Origin: Candidatus Hodarchaeota archaeon
Lineage (GTDB): Archaea > Asgardarchaeota > Heimdallarchaeia > Hodarchaeales > Hodarchaeaceae
NCBI GenBank assembly: GCA_016840035.1
Contig: JAEOTC010000182.1
Location: forward strand, 1-60,155
Direction: 5' to 3'
DNA: 60,155 bases
Part shown: piece after piece, positions 28,190 to 38,170 of the stretch
Numbering within the stretch: the stretch's first letter is position 1
Layout: each line of letters begins with the position of its first letter
Notes under the pieces: generated by a model
The model's database searches: none
What the model was told of the DNA's origin: nothing
Seen by the model: only the letters and a program-made list of their open reading frames with translations
Made by a program: the position numbers and the translations under genes

Positions 28190-28708
28190 CTAAGAATAGC
28201 TATCCCTTACAATCTCATACAGTATATTCGCTTTAAATATTCCTTGGTCTAGAATCTCTACAAACCTATTCTTTGGAATCTTATCGTGTGAAATAAGGTC
28301 GACCAATGAAAAATCCTTGGTTTGGGTTATATGTTCAGAAAAAGAGTCGATTTGTAATATATAGAATTTTTTAATGCATTTTTCTTGAAAGATTTGATGT
28401 GTAAATTCTATGACTTCGTTCCGTTGATGTGGGTCCCAGATATAAAATGTGTCTAGAATGTTATGCGATATAAATAGTCGTCCATCACTTTTACCCTGTA
28501 TTTTTTTTAGTAAATCGTATAATTGAGAACAGATAATACATTGTTCGTTTTTATGATCAGTAGTGCCGATTAAGAAACTTGCTGTATGAGTATTAAGCAT
28601 ATTATGAATTCTTGCAGTAATATTATTCTTATTATTAAGACTCCATGTATTTTGAGCAAACAGTAATAGACTAAGATGAGTACTTGTCTTTCTGGAGCGT
28701 TTACCCAT
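28190..28708 (-). CDS. Hypothetical protein
   Basis: 172-aa ORF filling the gap between genes, with a CIIC motif. No family recognised; the start may be internal. Confidence 0.55.
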   Translation of the reverse strand: MGKRSRKTSTHLSLLLFAQNTWSLNNKNNITARIHNMLNTHTASFLIGTTDHKNEQCIICSQLYDLLKKIQGKSDGRLFISHNILDTFYIWDPHQRNEVIEFTHQIFQEKCIKKFYILQIDSFSEHITQTKDFSLVDLISHDKIPKNRFVEILDQGIFKANILYEIVRDSYS

Positions 28709-28755
28709 AACAGGTAGATAATGATGAACGTTTATATGAGTTTGGTGAGGGCATT

Positions 28756-28911
28756 CTAAGAAGAATCACTTGCAAAGAATTCATCTGCAAGTTCTTCCAC
28801 CCCTAGAACTCTAAAGGAGGATCTAACTGTCTTTTTCACGTGAGAGATTCCAAAATTAACGATATATTTAAACACAGATTCGCTCTCGATTATTCCTTCT
28901 TCGATTGCCAT
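28756..28911 (-). CDS. Small hypothetical protein (51 aa, below ORF-track cutoff)
   Basis: Manual translation ATG(28911)..TAG(28756): MAIEEGIIESESVFKYIVNFGISHVKKTVRSSFRVLGVEELADEFFASDSS. Co-oriented with its neighbours. Confidence 0.45.
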   Translation of the reverse strand: MAIEEGIIESESVFKYIVNFGISHVKKTVRSSFRVLGVEELADEFFASDSS

Positions 28912-29156
28912 AATTCAGGTATATGAAAATCAACACTCTATAAGAAATGGTCTGAAACAATCTTCAGCAATCTTTGTATAAAGGGAGATTGACGAAAAAC
29001 GAATTCTTGAAAGGTTATTCTGACGATTGGTGGGAGGAATGAATTAATCTTGGATTTTGGAATGAACTGATTTATGATTTAGGCATAATCTACGGATAGG
29101 CCTAATTATGTTATGAAATAATTAAATAAATTCTTTTTTTCTACATCTCGAGCGGT

Positions 29157-32100
29157 TTAGAGTGAATTAAAGAGGTTTTCAAGCTTAGAACTTGATTTTG
29201 CTGAAGCATCTTTCCAACTTGATATGAGTTCGATGGTTTTTTCTGTTTCTTTAGTTGGAATATCCTCAATCTGAACACTATCCATCAACGCGATAATTCC
29301 CAAGTAATCTATTAGTTCCTCAAAATCTTCACAATTGAACCACAGGACATCCTGAAAACGATTAATATTAATATATGTACTAACTTCGGGATTGGACAGA
29401 ATTTTCCTTAGAATAAAGGCGGGATTATCAAAGTCCATATCTTTATACCAGTTTTGATGTCTAACAAGAATTTTAACCAAACTGAGAATTGAATTACTTT
29501 CTTTAGTTGTGAGAGTAGATTTTGAATCCAATTGATCTCTAAGTGTATGCCCTAAGTGCCACTCATCTAGAAGAGACCGACTTCTGATAGAAGAATCCTC
29601 TTTTTTCCTGTTTTTACCCAGATCTTTTAGAATAATCCAAGCATAAACAATAGCCAAGTCTTCAAGACTTAAACTGCTGATTCTCTTTAATTGAGTTCTT
29701 GAAAGAGATTCTTGTTTATTCAATACTCTTAAACGCATCAAATATCCAAAAACTCTCTCACAATTGGACTTACTAATTAATTTTTTTTCTGATTCACTAA
29801 GATAGGTACTAGCATAATTTAAAACTTGGATGAAGTATTCTTGGAATTCTTCGAAGGTTTTAGTGAAAACTTCTTCTAAATGCTTGTCGCTTAGTGCAAT
29901 TATTGCTTCATTCAACACTGATAGTATCTCAGAATTGTATATTAAGCGAAAAGCTTTTAATAAATGCTCATATATCAATTCTACCTTTGCTTCCTCGATT
30001 TTAGGGACTCCTCGTCCCGCAAGGAAGCGATTTAGATGAGAAAGGTGTTTCCACTTGTTGTCAGTTACTTCTCGAAATTCCACAAGAGCCATGGATTGGT
30101 AACCACTAAGAATAACATGAAATCCATTCTCAAGGACATCTGATGATCGTCTAATGTATTCCAAACCAGAAAATTGGTCTTTGAATATCCAAAACCTCTC
30201 TTCAAAATTTGAAAGTAACAACGAATCTCCTAATGAATGTTGTTGTAGTTGATTTGTACGTTTATCAAGTTTAGCTGATGATGTTTTTATCCAACCCGCG
30301 GTTCCGTTGAGACTATTATTGTATATGATCAGCGCTCTTTCTGTTTCAGACCCATTAGAGTAACAAAATACGTTTTCATCCACATAACCCTCAGTAGTAT
30401 ATAGGTCAAAAAGACAAAAATTGGTCACATCCGAGAATAAATACCGTTTTTTGATTAATGGTACTATAACTCGTTCATGGTGCTGAAGGAGGCCCCCATC
30501 AATTTCTTCCTCCCAATATGCTCTTCGATATTCCATTCCATATTTTTCTTCAAAACCCTCCATCTGACCGTGGCCAAACATTGGCAAACCTGGTAGCGTA
30601 ACTAAAAGCATACATATTCCGAAGTATTTTTCTCCTTTTCCGAATTGTTTAGCTGCTGTTTCTTCATCAGGATTATTCATAAAATTAACAAATCGTTTCA
30701 GGATTTGAGGGTCAAATTCTAAAGTATTTTTGATAACAGACCGATATTTGGCGTTATCTTCATCGCGAATCATGTTCATAAAAGCCGAATTATACACTCT
30801 ATGCATTCCTAAGGTTCTTACAAAGAATCCTTCTAAGAGCCAAAATGCTTCAGCCAATAATAAAGTATCGGGCATTTCTTGGTTAATACGATCAACAACT
30901 TCACGCCAAAATTCTTGAGGTATAGCTTTATGGAACTCCTCGTTTGTTATTCCCATGCCTGCCCTTGAAGGTATATCTCCTCCGCTTCCTGGTGGAGGAA
31001 ACCATAATCGCTGGAAGTGCTTCTTTGTGAGGGTCATTGCCGCATCGAAACGGATAATAGGAAATTGTCTCGCTACATGTAAAATGGTTTGAATAACAGC
31101 TTCACGAACTTCAGATAAAAGGTAGTTTAATTGCGCAGTATCGTTCCATGGCATACTGGTACCGTCATTACCGTGATAAATATATTTAGTCGCATTTGTA
31201 CGGAAATCTACTCGTTTAAATGTAACTGCTGCGTCTGTACGCGAAAAATAATGATCCTCAAGATATATACCAATATTTGGATCACTTGATAAACTTTCAC
31301 CAGAATAAGTATATGAAGGAAATGGGGGGTGATCGAGGGAAATATACCATTCGGGGTGTTCTCGAACCCATTTCGAATCTATGCCAGTATGATTCGGAAC
31401 CATATCTGAAGCCAGTCGGATTCCTCTATTTTGTGTACGCTCTTTCAATTTCTTAAATGCTCTCTCACCACCTAGATCGTCTGCAATTACATAGTCATAA
31501 AGACTATAAGCTGATGCCTCTGCCTCGGGATTTCCACACCAATGTTTTACTGATTTTGATGCTGGACTCCTTTCCCATAGACCGATCAACCACAAAGCAT
31601 TAAATCCCCAAGAAGCTATCTGATCTAATTCCTCATCAGGAATTTGATCAAGATGACGTATCTCGCGCTGATATTTCTTTGATAATTGATCCAGCCAAAC
31701 ATATGTAGTCTTAGCTATCATCATTACGGTTGGCATCCAGTCTTTATCGGGTGTGTACCGTTCTTCGAGACCTTCGCCGTAATCAATAGCTTGTGCTTCA
31801 CCTGGTCCAGGTCCTCGTATCTTTTCTTCTTCAGCAAATATATCTAGAGCATATAATAATCGGTAATACATTGATGGATCAAGAAATGATCCCCATTCTT
31901 TTGTTATGTATTCTAATTGATCTTTTATTGAATAAGGGAATTCGGTAACAGGTTTTTGAAGTAATTGAAGGAGAGGTAAGTTCTCTGGACCAGTAACCTC
32001 GTGATTTATGAAAAAATCATCAAATTTTGTAATAATTTCGTGATAAGTTGTTGATTTCTCGAGATTCTCATCATCGAATAATTCTAAGTGCTTTGAGAAT

Positions 32101-32585
32101 GAAGGGTTATTATTATTCAACCAAATGTGGATAAGTTCTTCTAGAATGATTTCCTTATTTGGTCTTCCCTGTGTTGATCCTTCAATATATGATTCAACTT
32201 CTATCTCGCCTAAATAGACATCGGGAGGTGGAAATTCTTCAACAAATGTTTTCATAAGAAAATCAAGGTCATCAGTATTCAAATCCTGAGAAAGTTCCAT
32301 GAAGAGAGTTTCATATACCTCTGGATCGAGTTTTTCTTTATACTGGGTAATAATCTCATGTGATATCTCATTTATCAATCCTATACCATTAATTTCAGAT
32401 GCACGTGCAGCTTGTTCTGGAAAATTCAGTAGATCCTTTTTTTCATTAATTGATTCAACAAATAATCTGACTAAATAAATTTCTGGAAAAGTAACATAAC
32501 CCTCTTGAGTGTTAAAGAAATCCTCGGGAAATTTATATTTCTCTCTTGCACTTAACGATAGTCTCATCTGGAAATCACACTTCAA
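29157..32585 (-). CDS. Large alpha-amylase family (GH13) glycoside hydrolase
   Basis: LASDMVPNH, IRFDAAM (nucleophile Asp), LLAEAFW (acid/base Glu), MNNPDE and TLPGLPM, with long N- and C-terminal extensions. Confidence 0.9.
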   Translation of the reverse strand: MKCDFQMRLSLSAREKYKFPEDFFNTQEGYVTFPEIYLVRLFVESINEKKDLLNFPEQAARASEINGIGLINEISHEIITQYKEKLDPEVYETLFMELSQDLNTDDLDFLMKTFVEEFPPPDVYLGEIEVESYIEGSTQGRPNKEIILEELIHIWLNNNNPSFSKHLELFDDENLEKSTTYHEIITKFDDFFINHEVTGPENLPLLQLLQKPVTEFPYSIKDQLEYITKEWGSFLDPSMYYRLLYALDIFAEEEKIRGPGPGEAQAIDYGEGLEERYTPDKDWMPTVMMIAKTTYVWLDQLSKKYQREIRHLDQIPDEELDQIASWGFNALWLIGLWERSPASKSVKHWCGNPEAEASAYSLYDYVIADDLGGERAFKKLKERTQNRGIRLASDMVPNHTGIDSKWVREHPEWYISLDHPPFPSYTYSGESLSSDPNIGIYLEDHYFSRTDAAVTFKRVDFRTNATKYIYHGNDGTSMPWNDTAQLNYLLSEVREAVIQTILHVARQFPIIRFDAAMTLTKKHFQRLWFPPPGSGGDIPSRAGMGITNEEFHKAIPQEFWREVVDRINQEMPDTLLLAEAFWLLEGFFVRTLGMHRVYNSAFMNMIRDEDNAKYRSVIKNTLEFDPQILKRFVNFMNNPDEETAAKQFGKGEKYFGICMLLVTLPGLPMFGHGQMEGFEEKYGMEYRRAYWEEEIDGGLLQHHERVIVPLIKKRYLFSDVTNFCLFDLYTTEGYVDENVFCYSNGSETERALIIYNNSLNGTAGWIKTSSAKLDKRTNQLQQHSLGDSLLLSNFEERFWIFKDQFSGLEYIRRSSDVLENGFHVILSGYQSMALVEFREVTDNKWKHLSHLNRFLAGRGVPKIEEAKVELIYEHLLKAFRLIYNSEILSVLNEAIIALSDKHLEEVFTKTFEEFQEYFIQVLNYASTYLSESEKKLISKSNCERVFGYLMRLRVLNKQESLSRTQLKRISSLSLEDLAIVYAWIILKDLGKNRKKEDSSIRSRSLLDEWHLGHTLRDQLDSKSTLTTKESNSILSLVKILVRHQNWYKDMDFDNPAFILRKILSNPEVSTYININRFQDVLWFNCEDFEELIDYLGIIALMDSVQIEDIPTKETEKTIELISSWKDASAKSSSKLENLFNSL

Positions 32586-32709
32586 TGATAATTCAATTAG
32601 TAGTAAATAAACTGAAAGGAAAATATCTAATTTTTATCAATAGGTGGAAAGATATTAGAGAATATAATTACTATTCTCCAAGTTGGTAACTACAAATATA
32701 CTATTTGGC

Positions 32710-33513
32710 TTATCGCAGGATGTTAATTACCTTCATAAATTCACGTACACGCTCTCGATCAACGTTCTTCCAAGTGTCACCGTCAAATTTTAAGCTAGTC
32801 CCAACAATAGCTCCATCAGCTATTTCTAATTGCTTCAAAATATTATCTTTACGTGCACCTGTGTTTACTATGACATCTGCTCCCAAAGAATTATCTTTAA
32901 CTGTCCTTAGTTCTTCCAGTTTGGTTTCCATACCAGTCATTGATCTTGAAACACATATTGCATCAGCAATTCTGACAAATACTGCTCCTTTAGCTATAAG
33001 TGATAGTGATCTTCTATCCAAAGGATGAGCAAATTCTGTGTTAACAATACTAAATATTTTTACATCACATGCTTCAATAGCTTTTTTATACCGTAAAGCT
33101 TCCGCTCCGGGCGCGCTAAAAAACCCCATATCACCTGCAAAGGCCCCAGTGAAAACACCCCGAACAAATTTCGCTTGGGTTGCCTTTCCAACAGATAAGG
33201 CCGAGACAGGATCCCACATGATATCAACTCCGAAGGGGATATCAATATCAGGTTTTAACTCACCAATGGCGGCAGACATTGCTGCAACAATTACGGGATC
33301 AACACCGTTCGCATAAGGACGATCACCTTCATTGCAGAATAGAAGTCCATCAATTCCACCTTCCTGCAAAGCATAAATGTCTTGCCTGGCACTTGATATA
33401 ATATGTTCCATACCTTCTTCATTATTATATTCAGGAGTGTGAGGTAAGGGGGGAAAATGAACCATTCCGATAATTGGTTTGGTGACCTCAAATATATCTT
33501 CTAAACAGGTCAT
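32710..33513 (-). CDS. btpA: BtpA/SgcQ family TIM-barrel protein
   Basis: KPIIGMVHFPPLP, GIDGLLFCNEGDRPY and ADGAIVGTSLK..G..VD.ERV. Confidence 0.9.
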   Translation of the reverse strand: MTCLEDIFEVTKPIIGMVHFPPLPHTPEYNNEEGMEHIISSARQDIYALQEGGIDGLLFCNEGDRPYANGVDPVIVAAMSAAIGELKPDIDIPFGVDIMWDPVSALSVGKATQAKFVRGVFTGAFAGDMGFFSAPGAEALRYKKAIEACDVKIFSIVNTEFAHPLDRRSLSLIAKGAVFVRIADAICVSRSMTGMETKLEELRTVKDNSLGADVIVNTGARKDNILKQLEIADGAIVGTSLKFDGDTWKNVDRERVREFMKVINILR

Positions 33514-33812
33514 GTTAATTCAAATCCATGTAGAATTTCAATACGAATTTTTGAAGAGAAATTCAAACAAATACTTCTTTTCTTGAGATTATTTCTTATA
33601 TATTTTGACCAATATAGATATCTAGTTGGATATTAGATGAAATATCTTCAGTGGTTACTATTTATCACTTAACTGCAAATTCCTCAAAAAACTTTGAAAT
33701 TGAGCAAGAAATCTTCATAATAATTGAAAAGGGCATAAAAGACATTTTATTTACGAAAATTAATATATCAAAATTCATTAGTGTGTGCTAGAGAAGAATA
33801 ATTTCTAGGTAG

Positions 33813-34493
33813 TTGATTGTAATGGATATTACACTCGATATTGTTGCTCTTGCGGTTTTTGTCATTTGTATTATCATCTATGGAATTATGATTGTTTACG
33901 GACTTAAACATCCAGATATTTCAAGAAAGGGATCATTAAACCTAATTTTCGAACAATATGTGGATGAGAGAGTTAAAGATTCCCCATTAATTGCAGTTCA
34001 AGCCTCTCGAAACTTGATTATGGCAAACTCAGCTTTTCTTTCGGCATTACTAGTATTATTAGGATTACTGCTAGCTTTTTATCCTGATATATTTGCTGAA
34101 GGAACGATTTCTGATAGTAGTATCTCCATTGGATTTCTTCAATTAATCGTGATGGTAACTGTTATTGTTTTTTGCCTTTTCAATTTTGTTCTGGCTATTA
34201 GAATGCATGTTCGATTTACTCTACTAATTTCATCTCATCCAGAAAAAATTAATATCTGTGGAATTACTGGATTACAATTTACCAAAAATACATTAATTAG
34301 TGCTCAAAATCATTGGTCATTTGGGCTTCGTGGGCTGTTCTATTTGATTACAGTAATGGCGTGGTTAGCAGATCCAATTTTGTTTCTTATCGGTGCAGTT
34401 GGAGTGACTGCTTATCTAATATTTTTCGAGGACATTTTTGATAAAAAACTTTCTGAGACTCCCTGTGAGGAGGAACTCTCCATAAATGATTAA
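33813..34493 (+). CDS. DUF599-family membrane protein
   Basis: AVQASRNLIMANSAFLS, FNFVLAIR and WSFGLRGLFY...AWL..P. Confidence 0.8.
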   Translation: MIVMDITLDIVALAVFVICIIIYGIMIVYGLKHPDISRKGSLNLIFEQYVDERVKDSPLIAVQASRNLIMANSAFLSALLVLLGLLLAFYPDIFAEGTISDSSISIGFLQLIVMVTVIVFCLFNFVLAIRMHVRFTLLISSHPEKINICGITGLQFTKNTLISAQNHWSFGLRGLFYLITVMAWLADPILFLIGAVGVTAYLIFFEDIFDKKLSETPCEEELSIND

Positions 34494-34499
34494 TTTGAG

Positions 34500-35450
34500 C
34501 TAAAAATTATGTTTTGGCGGGAGAATGGACTTTTTCCTTCGGCGTGTAAGAGGTTGGAAAATTCTTCCAATAAAGTCTAGTCCACCAAGATAGATCATTG
34601 AAGGATTTTCAATTAACCTTCTTCTAAGATAAGCAATTGCGCATCTCCATTCTATAGTAAAAGGAACGTATAATCGAACAGTATAACCTCTTTCTATTAA
34701 TTCCCGTTGTATTCTATCTCTAGGAACTCCTAGAAGAAACTGGAATTCTGCGCTATCATTGCCTAAACCTCGTTTTTCAACCTCCTCAAGTGAACGAATG
34801 ATGCACTTGTGATCGTGGGTAGCAATATCAACTTTATGTCCATTATCTAACAATAGACTGGTATACTCAACAATTTTTTCCTTCATTACACTTTTTTTAG
34901 TGTGCGCAATGCTCTTATCTTCATTGTATACTCCGATACACATGCGTACACGCGCATTAAGCCCAGAAAGGCCTATTATATCATCTTTCGTACGGAATAA
35001 CCGACTTTGTAGAACAGTTCCAAATTCATACTTAGGTTTCAAGGTCTTATAAAGTTCAAGTGTAGCATCGGTATATTGAGAATCCTCCATATCTAAAGTT
35101 ACGGTGATATTCTGCTTAGATGCACTTTTAAGAATTAGTTCAAAATTTGAAAGACATAAATTACGATCAATATCTAGACCAAGACTTGTGGGTTTTAAAG
35201 AGATATGCTTTGGAAAGGTTTCTTCTTTGAGTTTTTCGATAAGTGAAACATAAATTTGGACAATTTTGTCAACTTCCTCCTGATTAGTAACTTCCTCACC
35301 AAGCATGTCAATTGTTGAAGCGATTTTATGATCTTGCCATATATCTCGTGCTTTTTTGATACCACAATCTATACCTACTCCAGCAACATAAGCCCGAGCA
35401 AAGAATTTAACCAAAAATGATGGAAGAAAATTTACGAAGAAGGCTTTCAC
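34500..35450 (-). CDS. Monofunctional proline dehydrogenase
   Basis: YVAG, DMLGE, ISLKPT, LDMED, VLQSRLFRT, IATHD, EFQFLLG and YVPF...YLRRRLIENP. Confidence 0.92.
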   Translation of the reverse strand: MKAFFVNFLPSFLVKFFARAYVAGVGIDCGIKKARDIWQDHKIASTIDMLGEEVTNQEEVDKIVQIYVSLIEKLKEETFPKHISLKPTSLGLDIDRNLCLSNFELILKSASKQNITVTLDMEDSQYTDATLELYKTLKPKYEFGTVLQSRLFRTKDDIIGLSGLNARVRMCIGVYNEDKSIAHTKKSVMKEKIVEYTSLLLDNGHKVDIATHDHKCIIRSLEEVEKRGLGNDSAEFQFLLGVPRDRIQRELIERGYTVRLYVPFTIEWRCAIAYLRRRLIENPSMIYLGGLDFIGRIFQPLTRRRKKSILPPKHNF

Positions 35451-35569
35451 TATTAATTCCCAGCAATATCTTTTGATTTTGCGTTCAAAACATCTAGTCT
35501 TTTAATCCTATCTACCCAAATATGGTGTGGCTATTTTCTAACTGTTCAAGCTGGAAGGAGGTCATCTAT

Positions 35570-35617
35570 AACCTATTCTCATGGTACAACATCACAATTT
35601 GCCAATGAAAATAGGTT
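35570..35617 (-). other. Imperfect inverted repeat / RNA hairpin in intergenic region
   Basis: Minus strand AACCTATTTTCAT(T)GG...CCATGAGAATAGGTT forms a 13-bp stem (one G-U) plus 2 bp after a bulge. It lies 43 nt downstream of the stop at 35660. Confidence 0.4.
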
Positions 35618-35659
35618 TTTCAGAATATGTTCAAATCTGATTCTGTTGAAAAGACCACT

Positions 35660-36400
35660 TTAATATTTCCTGTTACGGAATCCCTTGATAATAATTATTG
35701 TTGTGACAAGAATTAAGATTGGCAAATTGAAAGATACATCTGAGTTAGTAGTCGAATTTTCCTCTTCTGATGTAGTAGTGGAATCCGAAGTATGGGTTTC
35801 TGTAGTAGTTGAAGTACTAGTAATTGTTATTGAGCTCGTTTCTTCAACTATAGTAGTAATATGCAATGTTACAATTTGTTTTACCCAACGAGGACTCATT
35901 GTGAGAATAGACTCATTATTATCGCCAATAAAGGCCAATCTGAGAGGACCTTCATCATTTGATATTGGAACATCGTTTTCTTCATACGCAAGGATAGGGA
36001 TGACCGTTGTTGCTAGGGTATTATTTTCATCATTAAATGCTCTTATTCCTCCATATATCTCATCACGCGTCATAAAAATCGAATAATCATCAATAGCAAT
36101 GGCACTTACATTAAAATCATCATCTCCAATTAGAGACGATAAAAATAACGGTAGATGAATCCCTTTCCATTTTGAAGCAGGAACAATTGTGCCTGTAGTT
36201 CTTTGGTATCCACCCCATCCAGTTACAGTAGGTAGTTCATTTTTTATTTGCGTTTCATCATATGAACCAACAAAATCTCCCTCTACTGTGAGTTGTAAGG
36301 CTGTGATGACTGCAGAATTCGATAGAACATTGGCACTTATAAAAACGAACCCTAACAAGACAAAAAAGACAGATTGTTTAACAAAAGACCCAGTTTTCAT
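35660..36400 (-). CDS. Surface-anchored molybdopterin-oxidoreductase-like (sulfite oxidase-fold) domain protein
   Basis: Signal peptide; WKGI.L, AIDDY, ILAYEEND.P, EGPLRL and RWVKQI motifs; Thr/Ser-rich linker; C-terminal TM with basic tail. Confidence 0.72.
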   Translation of the reverse strand: MKTGSFVKQSVFFVLLGFVFISANVLSNSAVITALQLTVEGDFVGSYDETQIKNELPTVTGWGGYQRTTGTIVPASKWKGIHLPLFLSSLIGDDDFNVSAIAIDDYSIFMTRDEIYGGIRAFNDENNTLATTVIPILAYEENDVPISNDEGPLRLAFIGDNNESILTMSPRWVKQIVTLHITTIVEETSSITITSTSTTTETHTSDSTTTSEEENSTTNSDVSFNLPILILVTTIIIIKGFRNRKY

Positions 36401-36460
36401 GTTTTATTAATTGAATTGATGAATGTTAAATATTTACGGCTAGTTTCCTTTGGTCAAAGC

Positions 36461-38170
36461 TTATTCATATTTGAGAATATGTGTTTTGTAGAATTCTACC
36501 AAGTAATTTGGGATTTCTTCGTCCTTAAAATGTTTAGCGAGTTTTTCTGCAAGTGCAGAGGAGTATTTTCGACCAATTCCAAATTTTGTTATCATTTCTC
36601 GGGTGATTGTTTTATCAGAGATGCCGCGATTTCTCTTTTTTGTAATGTATTCTAGTATTTCCGATAAAGAAGGAAGTATTTTGTCTTTTTCCTTTAGTAG
36701 TCGTAAGAATATTTTAGGATTGTTCAAAAAGAGGGACTCAATACATTCTTCCCTTAATGAAAAAAAATCTCCTTCCATATGGAAGACATCGAACCAATTC
36801 TGTTTTAGCTTCTCATATGTCTTAGTTTCAACGATGTCACCATCTGTGATGGCTAATGCTCTACTTCGGACAAATTTGCTTTTTAATAATTCGATTGATA
36901 ATACATATTTCATATTTGTCCATCCTCCAACCCCAACATAAGAAACTCGAACTTTTGGTAACTCTGGAAGCCTACGACATATTTTATCTTCAAATACTCG
37001 GAAAACACGGGAATCTGTTCTTCCTTCGACAAACACAACAATATCTGAACCAAGAGAATCAGATGGTCTAATTCCTAGGAGCTTTACAATTTTCTTCATT
37101 GATTTACGGCCTTTTATGCGCTCGATATTTGTCCAACCATTTCGTAATTCAACTAAATGAGCATGGCCTATTAATAGCCGAGAAGAATGAGTTGAAAAGA
37201 AAAATTGACGTGTTTGTGCATAGGATTCTAGTTTTCTTGCCAGTCCTCGTTCCCCTCTAGGATGTAGAAAGAGGCCTGGATTATCAAGTATGATAATTTG
37301 CCCATTAGCGGGATCAGACGTTAACAGATTTGCGAGTGCAATCAATCTGATGGTTCCACCTGAGATTCGCCATAACGGACTCGAGAAACTCCTTTCAATT
37401 GTGACATCGATTTGCGGATTACCATCAGAAGAAGATCCTCCCACATGAAAAACAAATTCTTGGTCAATGACATCCTTTAAGAAATTCTCGATTGATGTGA
37501 TTGAATGATGATCTCTCCCTTGGAGAATATTTAACAAATCATTATGTAAGTCTTTATATTCAATATCCATATCATGGAATCGTCGAATGAATGTCATCCC
37601 TATAGAATCACGAATCATAGGAACTGGAACATCCACTGATTCATATTTTATTACTTCTTCAGAGCGAAGCTTCAGGAGTAGGGATTCGGAGATAAATTCA
37701 AGAAAACCAGGATTCAGTGTTAAATTGAATTCCAAAGAGCAAATCTCGGTTAGATCAACAATAGAACTTAAATCATCAAGGAAAATTTCATAAACATCAA
37801 ATGGATTGACTATCTTATATTTAAATGCTGTCTGAATAAAATTTTGCTTTAAAAACTCATTTTCTTTCCAAGGGAGTAATCCCTGCCTCTTTTTTAGGAG
37901 GAAATCAAATAATCCAAAGATATGATTGGTATCGAGGTAAGATAAAATACTTCGGTCGAAATCCTCTGTTATCGGAGTAGTTTCTGCTTGAAATTGACGT
38001 TGTTGACTATAAGTACGAATTTGTGGATCCCAAAATACAGATATCCCATCTAGGATATTTGTTTTACCAGAATTATGCCCTCCTATAAAACAATTTAGTC
38101 TTTGAAGATTATCGAGTGTAAGAGAGGTAATACTACGGAAATTCTTCAGTTTTACTTTCGAGAGGAACAT
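36461..38170 (-). CDS. OLD-family ATP-dependent nuclease (ABC ATPase + TOPRIM)
   Basis: LKNFRSI, Walker A GGHNSGKT, SGG signature, ILDNP..FLHP and STHS; TOPRIM VFVEGRTD and ITDGD. Confidence 0.85.
   Translation of the reverse strand: MFLSKVKLKNFRSITSLTLDNLQRLNCFIGGHNSGKTNILDGISVFWDPQIRTYSQQRQFQAETTPITEDFDRSILSYLDTNHIFGLFDFLLKKRQGLLPWKENEFLKQNFIQTAFKYKIVNPFDVYEIFLDDLSSIVDLTEICSLEFNLTLNPGFLEFISESLLLKLRSEEVIKYESVDVPVPMIRDSIGMTFIRRFHDMDIEYKDLHNDLLNILQGRDHHSITSIENFLKDVIDQEFVFHVGGSSSDGNPQIDVTIERSFSSPLWRISGGTIRLIALANLLTSDPANGQIIILDNPGLFLHPRGERGLARKLESYAQTRQFFFSTHSSRLLIGHAHLVELRNGWTNIERIKGRKSMKKIVKLLGIRPSDSLGSDIVVFVEGRTDSRVFRVFEDKICRRLPELPKVRVSYVGVGGWTNMKYVLSIELLKSKFVRSRALAITDGDIVETKTYEKLKQNWFDVFHMEGDFFSLREECIESLFLNNPKIFLRLLKEKDKILPSLSEILEYITKKRNRGISDKTITREMITKFGIGRKYSSALAEKLAKHFKDEEIPNYLVEFYKTHILKYE

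Noticed and set aside
36461-38170. Gabija, retron or PARIS-type multi-gene defence system around the OLD nuclease
   Set aside because: No helicase, reverse transcriptase or other partner gene is adjacent; the flanks are metabolic genes.
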